Assembly: GCF_056746865.1 (NCBI RefSeq)
Contig: NZ_CM163382.1
Direction: 5' to 3' (one strand)
Length of the DNA: 64,000 bases
Shown here: piece after piece, positions 56,722 through 64,000 of the stretch
Numbering within the stretch: position 1 is the first letter of the stretch
Layout of the letters: each line of letters starts with the position of its first letter
Program-made: the position numbers and the translations under genes
The notes under the pieces: model-generated
The model's database searches: none
Told to the model about the DNA's origin: nothing
What the model saw: only the letters and a program-made list of their open reading frames with translations

Positions 56722-59016
56722 TCAGAGCGCCTGGGTAAAGGTACGTGAAATAACATCCTGCTGCTGTTCACGGGTCAGTGCGTTGAAGCGCACGGCGTAG
56801 CCAGAGACACGGATTGTCAGGTTAGGATATTTTTCCGGGTGCTCGATGGCATCCAGCAGCATTTCCCGATTCATTACGTTGACGTTGAGGTGTTGACCGC
56901 CTTCGACATCCGCTTCGTGGTGGAAATACCCATCCAGCAGGCCGACAAGGTTGGTTTTACGTACTGGATCTTCTTTGCCCAGCGCCGCAGGCACGATCGA
57001 GAAGGTGTACGAGATCCCGTCTTTGGCGTAGGTGAACGGCAGTTTCGCCACCGACGTCAATGAGGCCACGGCACCTTTGCGGTCACGACCGTGCATCGGG
57101 TTAGCGCCCGGTGCGAACGGTGTACCCGCACGACGACCGTCTGGCGTGTTACCGGTTTTCTGGCCGTACACCACGTTAGAAGTGATAGTCAGAATCGACT
57201 GGGTAGGGACGGCGTTGCGATAGGTTGGCAGCGCTTTAATTTTCTTCATAAAGCGTTCAACCAGGTCGCAGGCAATACTGTCTACGCGCTCGTCGTTGTT
57301 GCCGTACTGCGGATATTCACCGTCGATTTCGAAATCCACCGCCAGGCCGTTTTCGTCACGGATTGGTTTCACGCGGGCATATTTGATAGCAGACAGGGAG
57401 TCCGTCGCCACCGACAGGCCCGCGATGCCGCACGCCATGGTGCGATAGACATCACGATCGTGTAGCGCCATCAGCGAAGCTTCGTAGCTGTACTTGTCGT
57501 GCATGTAGTGAATGATATTCAGCGCGCTGATGTACTGCACCGCCAGCCAGTCCATGAAGTGATCGAGACTGTCCATCACTTTGTCGTAATCCAGCACGTC
57601 GTCCATCAGCGGTGCCGTTTTCGGACCGACCTGAATCTTCAGCTTCTCATCCACCCCGCCGTTAATTGCGTACAGCAGCGTTTTCGCCAGGTTAGCGCGT
57701 GCACCAAAGAACTGCATTTGCTTACCAATCACCATTGGGCTGACGCAGCAGGCAATCGCGTAATCGTCGCTGTTGAAGTCAGTACGCATCAGATCGTCGT
57801 TTTCATACTGCAAGGAAGAGGTGACGATCGACACCTGCGCGGCATATTTTTTGAAGGCAATCGGTAATTCTTCCGACCAAAGAATGGTCAGGTTAGGTTC
57901 CGGTGCCGGCCCCATAGTGTGCAGGGTGTGCAAATAGCGGAAGGAGTTTTTGGTCACCAGCGTACGACCGTCCAGCCCCATCCCGCCGATCACTTCCGTC
58001 GCCCAGATTGGGTCGCCGGAGAACAGCGAATCAAATTCCGGTGTACGCAGGAAGCGTACCATACGGATCTTCATGATGAAGTGATCGATCAGTTCCTGTG
58101 CCTGCTGCTCATTGAGTACGCCAGCTTTAAAGTCGCGCTCAATGTAGATATCGAGGAACGATGCCGTGCGCCCCAGCGACATCGCGCCGCCATTTTGCGA
58201 TTTCACTGCCGCCAGATAAGCGAAGTAGAGCCACTGCACCGCTTCCTGTGCATTCTGCGCCGGGCGAGAGATATCAAAGCCATATTTCGCCGCCATTTCC
58301 TGAATCTGCAAAAGCGCATGACGATGCTCTGCCAGCTCCTCACGCAGACGGATAGTGGCTTCCAGATCCTCGCCTTTTTCCAGACGGGACTGGAGATCGG
58401 CAAATTGCAGTTCGCGTTCCCGCACCAGATAACTGATGCCATACAGCGCCACGCGGCGGTAGTCACCGATAATGCGCCCACGGCCATAACCATCTGGCAA
58501 ACCAGTCAGTACACCCGATTTACGGCAGCGCAGCATATCTGGTGAGTAAACATCAAATACGCCCTGATTATGGGTTTTACGCAGATCGGTAAACAGATAT
58601 TCAAATTCACTGTCCATTTCACGGCCATAGGCGTGGAATGAACTTTTAATCATATTAATGCCACCGAACGGATGCAGCGCACGCTTTAATGGCGCATCCG
58701 TTTGCAGGCCCACTATTTTTTCCAGCGGCTGGTTAATATATCCCGCATCATGAGCGGTAATGGTGGTAGCAATATTAGTATCGAAATCAACCGGCGCGTG
58801 GGTTGCGTTTTCGATACCAATGCCTTCCATCACTTTTTCCCACAATTCCGTGGTGGCTGGCGTCGCTTCAGCGAGGAAAGATTCATCGCCTTCATACGGT
58901 GTATAGTTATGTTGAATAAAATCGCGGACATTAATTTCGTTTTTCCAGTCCGTACCTTTAAAGCCAAGCCATGCGTCGGCGTACAGCTTATCGCTGGTAT
59001 CAATATCTACCTTCAT
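56722..59016 (-). CDS. tdcE: 2-ketobutyrate/pyruvate formate-lyase TdcE, 764 aa
   Basis: ORF 56722..59016; glycyl-radical C-terminus (RVSGYAVRF). Confidence 0.9.
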   Translation of the reverse strand: MKVDIDTSDKLYADAWLGFKGTDWKNEINVRDFIQHNYTPYEGDESFLAEATPATTELWEKVMEGIGIENATHAPVDFDTNIATTITAHDAGYINQPLEKIVGLQTDAPLKRALHPFGGINMIKSSFHAYGREMDSEFEYLFTDLRKTHNQGVFDVYSPDMLRCRKSGVLTGLPDGYGRGRIIGDYRRVALYGISYLVRERELQFADLQSRLEKGEDLEATIRLREELAEHRHALLQIQEMAAKYGFDISRPAQNAQEAVQWLYFAYLAAVKSQNGGAMSLGRTASFLDIYIERDFKAGVLNEQQAQELIDHFIMKIRMVRFLRTPEFDSLFSGDPIWATEVIGGMGLDGRTLVTKNSFRYLHTLHTMGPAPEPNLTILWSEELPIAFKKYAAQVSIVTSSLQYENDDLMRTDFNSDDYAIACCVSPMVIGKQMQFFGARANLAKTLLYAINGGVDEKLKIQVGPKTAPLMDDVLDYDKVMDSLDHFMDWLAVQYISALNIIHYMHDKYSYEASLMALHDRDVYRTMACGIAGLSVATDSLSAIKYARVKPIRDENGLAVDFEIDGEYPQYGNNDERVDSIACDLVERFMKKIKALPTYRNAVPTQSILTITSNVVYGQKTGNTPDGRRAGTPFAPGANPMHGRDRKGAVASLTSVAKLPFTYAKDGISYTFSIVPAALGKEDPVRKTNLVGLLDGYFHHEADVEGGQHLNVNVMNREMLLDAIEHPEKYPNLTIRVSGYAVRFNALTREQQQDVISRTFTQAL

Positions 59017-59049
59017 GAAAAATAATCTCTCTACAATACTTCAACTAAA

Positions 59050-60258
59050 TTATGCAAATTCTGCGGGCGCGTTAACTTTGCCTAAATGAATGGCATCCAA
59101 AGCAATCATTTTTTCTTCGTTGGTTGGGATAACGGCGCAAATGACACGCGCATTTTCACTGGAAACAATTCGCTCTCCACAGGAGTTAGAGCGATTATTC
59201 ATTTCTGTATCAATCTCTACGCCTAATACAGCCAAATGTTCCATGACCAGACGACGAATTAAACTTGAATTTTCTCCTATTCCGCCGGTGAATATAATTC
59301 CATCCAGGCGACGTAATGAGGCTGCGTGTCCGGCAATATGACGGGCAATTCGGTGAACAAAGGTTTTAATTGCCAGTTGCGCGCGTTCGTGACCTTCATG
59401 CCAGGCTTTTTCCAGAACACGTAAATCCGAAGAAAGACCGGAAATACCTAATAATCCCGACTCTTTATTCACTACGCGTTCCAGGTCACCCAGGCTCTGG
59501 TTGGTTTGGCTGGCGACCCAGGACATCGCCCCGAAGTCGACATCACCACTGCGGGTACCCATCATCAAGCCTTCCAGCGGCGTCATTCCCATTGAGGTAT
59601 CAACACTCTGACCGTTGCGAACTGCGCAGATTGACGCGCCATTGCCAAGATGCGCCACAACCAGGCCGGAGTCATCTTCCGCCAGATTCAGCAAAGAATG
59701 CGCGCGCTGGGAAACATAGCGGTGCGACGTGCCGTGGAAACCATAACGGCGTACACCTAACTCTTCATAATATTTCCACGGCAGGCCGTATAAATAAGCT
59801 TCCGGAGCCATCGTCTGGTGGAAACTGGTATCAAATACCGCTACCTGAGTTACGCCCGGAAATAATTGCTGCGCCGATTCAATACCACTTAAATTGGCGT
59901 AATTATGCAGGGGTGCCAGTGGAGAAACGCGACGGATATTATCAATGACTTCATCGGTAATAATGGCGGACTCGGTAAAAATACTGCCGCCGTGAGCGAT
60001 GCGGTGGCCAATTAAGGCCACACTGTCATTTAAATTCCGTTTTTCCAGTTCAAATGCAATTGCCTTCAATGCACCTTCGTAGCTGTGGTGAGCCAGCGGT
60101 GCTGGCTCTCCCCCATTTACGGATAAGAATGCATTTTCCGAGTTAATACCGTCGGCAATACCTGACATTAATACTTCACAGTCGCTGGCATCGAGTACGG
60201 AAAACTTAATCGAAGACGAACCACAGTTAATAACCAAAACAACCGGAAATTCATTCAT
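59050..60258 (-). CDS. tdcD: propionate/acetate kinase TdcD, 402 aa
   Basis: ORF 59050..60270; start at [21 protein letters not shown]. Confidence 0.9.
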   Translation of the reverse strand: MNEFPVVLVINCGSSSIKFSVLDASDCEVLMSGIADGINSENAFLSVNGGEPAPLAHHSYEGALKAIAFELEKRNLNDSVALIGHRIAHGGSIFTESAIITDEVIDNIRRVSPLAPLHNYANLSGIESAQQLFPGVTQVAVFDTSFHQTMAPEAYLYGLPWKYYEELGVRRYGFHGTSHRYVSQRAHSLLNLAEDDSGLVVAHLGNGASICAVRNGQSVDTSMGMTPLEGLMMGTRSGDVDFGAMSWVASQTNQSLGDLERVVNKESGLLGISGLSSDLRVLEKAWHEGHERAQLAIKTFVHRIARHIAGHAASLRRLDGIIFTGGIGENSSLIRRLVMEHLAVLGVEIDTEMNNRSNSCGERIVSSENARVICAVIPTNEEKMIALDAIHLGKVNAPAEFA

Positions 60259-60283
60259 CTCTTTTCTCATCCTGAGTTACGGA

Positions 60284-61618
<1,335 letters not shown>

Positions 61619-61636
61619 CTATCCTCAACGAATTAA

Positions 61637-62626
61637 TTAAGCGTCAACGAAACCGGTGATTTGAGAGACGCGAGAAAGATCGATATTGCCGCCGGAAATA
61701 ATACTGACGGTTTTTCTGTTTTGAATATATTGGTCTAATTTACCGCTTAATAATGCAGCACATGCCAGAGCGCCTGCGCCTTCGGTGACGACTTTATTGC
61801 GCTGAATTAAGGCAATCATACTGTTTCTGATTTCATCTTCGCTGACCAGCACGATGTCATCGACTAATTCACGAACGATTTCGTAAGTTAAATTACCCGG
61901 GCGGGAGACATCACAACCATCCGCCAGGGTGCCGGTAGTTCGGTGCGTGGTTATTTCTCCGGAGTGGAAAGAAGCCGCCATGCCGTGAACGTTTTCTGAC
62001 TGTACGCCAATAACACGAATGGTCGGGTTAATAGATTTTATTGCCACCGCAATACCAGCAATTAAACCGCCACCACCAATTGGCACAATCACGTTATCGA
62101 CATCATAGAGATCTTCCATAATTTCCAGACCAATCGTTCCCTGGCCAGCAATCACTTTCGGATCATCGTAAGGTGGGATAAAAATACGGCCTTCCATTTC
62201 GACAATTTCGCTCACTTTAGCGATAGTGTCGTTGAAGTTATCACCATGCAGAACGACTTCTGCGGAGTAGTCGCACGTTGCCGCTACTTTGGATTTCGGC
62301 GCGCCTTTTGGCATCACCACTTTACCGTCGATACCCAGCATCGCGCAGGAGAGCGAAACCCCTTGCGCATGGTTGCCCGCAGAGCAGGCCACTACACCTT
62401 TACGTTTTTCCGCATCGGTCAGTGAACTTAATTTATTAAATGCGCCACGAATTTTAAATGAACCGGTACGCTGCATGTTTTCGAATTTGAGGAATATTTC
62501 ACCTTTGCAACGTTCACTAAAATAGTTGGAGCGAGGCATGCCTGTTTTATAAATTCGCCCAGCCAGTCGTTGTTTAGCTTCAATGATGTCATCAATAGCA
62601 ACCGGGAGATCGTATGTAATATGCAT
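61637..62626 (-). CDS. tdcB: catabolic threonine dehydratase TdcB, 329 aa
   Basis: ORF 61637..62626; PLP-lysine motif (SFKIRGA). Confidence 0.9.
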
Positions 62627-62724
62627 TATAAAACCTCTTAGCCTGAATTAAATATGTAGGTAACCGTAACCGACACCTGCAAAACAGACAGGTGGATTAT
62701 TTATGTTTAAATAAAAACAAATAA

Positions 62725-63663
62725 CTAACCAACTTCAATTAATTGCCTTCGTCTACACCCATTATAAGATGAATACTCTTTGGCTAATTCCACCAAAACC
62801 GATGCTGCTTTTTTAATACGATAATTTTTCGACCATACCGCGGCATATTGTGCCACAGGTAATGTTTCTTCAACCGGAATAGTAATAAATTGATTTGAAC
62901 CAAAAGGTGATGTCATATCACAAGGAATTACAGTTAAGAAATCAGCATTGAGAACAAGATTATAAATTGTCACGACTGAGTCGGTTTTAACGATGTTTTC
63001 AATACTGATGCCATTTCTTTGTAACGTGGTGAGCAGCTCGCTGTAGTACCCCATATTGGTTTGTGGCAACACCCACTGTTCGTTCTTCAACGACTCCAGC
63101 GTGGTGGTGCCGGTGCATGTTCGGGACTTACTGGCTACCAGCACAAACTCGGACTCGAACAGCGGCTCAACATGTAAATCCTGAAGCTTCATTTCTGCGC
63201 TTAACGTACCAATCGCAAAATCCAGTCGACCGTCGCGGATTGCCGGTAAGAACGAAGACAGTTGCGCTTCATACATAGAAACCTGCGCTTTCGGGAACAC
63301 CTCTTTGAACTTGTTGATCATCCCGGACATAAAAGTAAAACCAATCAATGAAGGAAAACCAAATGAGACTTCCACCACCGCCTCAGAAGACATACCGCTT
63401 ATCTCATTAACCATATTTTTCATTTCACGGGTAATGGATTCGGAACGGGAGAGTAACAATTGACCGGCAGGTGTTAATGTTACACCGGTATTTTTCCGCA
63501 CCACTAATTCCACGCCAAAATAATCTTCAATATCGTTAATGATTTTACTGACAGCCGGTTGAGTTAACCCTAATTCTTTTGCAGCCGAGCCGATAGAACC
63601 ACTTCTAATGACTTCCTGAAAGACTACCAGGTGCTGCGTTTTCGGAAGAAGAATAGTGCTCAT
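62725..63663 (-). CDS. tdcA: LysR-family activator of the tdc operon, 312 aa
   Basis: ORF 62725..63663; LysR-type HTH. Confidence 0.9.
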   Translation of the reverse strand: MSTILLPKTQHLVVFQEVIRSGSIGSAAKELGLTQPAVSKIINDIEDYFGVELVVRKNTGVTLTPAGQLLLSRSESITREMKNMVNEISGMSSEAVVEVSFGFPSLIGFTFMSGMINKFKEVFPKAQVSMYEAQLSSFLPAIRDGRLDFAIGTLSAEMKLQDLHVEPLFESEFVLVASKSRTCTGTTTLESLKNEQWVLPQTNMGYYSELLTTLQRNGISIENIVKTDSVVTIYNLVLNADFLTVIPCDMTSPFGSNQFITIPVEETLPVAQYAAVWSKNYRIKKAASVLVELAKEYSSYNGCRRRQLIEVG

Positions 63664-63726
63664 AACGACCTACGTTAATTACCTCATTGACGGCATGAAG
63701 TGTATCAAAATGAAATGAACAGGATA

Positions 63727-63742
63727 TGTGCGACCACTCACA
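63727..63742. promoter_or_regulatory. CRP-binding-site-like palindrome TGTGc-gaccac-TCACA upstream of tdcA
   Basis: 16-bp match to the TGTGA-N6-TCACA consensus 64-79 bp upstream of the tdcA start; the tdc operon is known to be cAMP-CRP dependent. Confidence 0.5.
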
Positions 63743-64000
63743 AATTAACTTTCAATACTTTCCATGGTATCGTTATTCCAATTAAATATCTTTATATATC
63801 AATAAGTTAAAGTATAAAAATCAGCATAAACCCTGATTTTTGTCAAAAAAAATGACGGGGATAACCATATTTTATGGCGATAACATCATTCGTTATGTGG
63901 TTAATACAAAAAAGGGGCTGAGACCATATTTCAAGCAATTACCGGATAATTACCAGGCAAATTTTGAGTTAAATTTAATGAGCAAGTTCTCAAATTTTAT

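Noticed and set aside
57919-58545. 208-aa plus-strand ORF and neighbouring short ORFs
   Set aside because: Antisense to tdcE, which is a well-supported 764-aa glycyl-radical enzyme.

Overview
The window reads as an Escherichia coli chromosomal segment in two parts. (1) Positions 1-11601 are the right-hand portion of a horizontally acquired island inserted at the 3' end of tRNA-Ile(CAU) (ileX); only the 47-nt 3' tRNA fragment is present, at 11555-11601, immediately left of yqjH. From the junction inward the island carries a P4-type tyrosine integrase, a convergent pair of genes with no family I can recognise (534 aa and 198 aa), an AlpA-like regulator, a 248-aa protein with an RHH-like N-terminus, a resolvase-like protein that looks catalytically degenerate, an HUH-motif Gp2/YagK-like protein with a 188-aa partner, an internally deleted IS2 without target-site duplication, and a raffinose-type module (LacI-family repressor, twin palindromic operators, 5' part of an alpha-galactosidase-like gene running off the left edge). 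(2) Positions 11602-64000 are K-12-like backbone in the order yqjH, yqjI, aer, patA, ygjH, ebgRAC, ygjIJK, fadH, higBA, rlmG, ygjPQR, alx (with its riboswitch-type leader), sstT, ygjV, uxaCA, exuTR, yqjA, mzrA, yqjCDEK, yqjF, yqjG, yhaH, yhaI, yhaJ, yhaK, yhaL, cyuAP, tdcGFEDCBA. The one disruption is an IS1 with a 9-bp target duplication that truncates yhaI. The best candidate for an undescribed system is the integrase-proximal cargo pair at 7629-9912 with its 780-bp AT-rich upstream region; the 248-aa RHH-like protein is second. Everything rests on reading the sequence and the ORF translations by eye and on remembered family knowledge; no searches were run, so gene names on the backbone are from recognised synteny, lengths and N-termini, and island calls are motif-level inferences.
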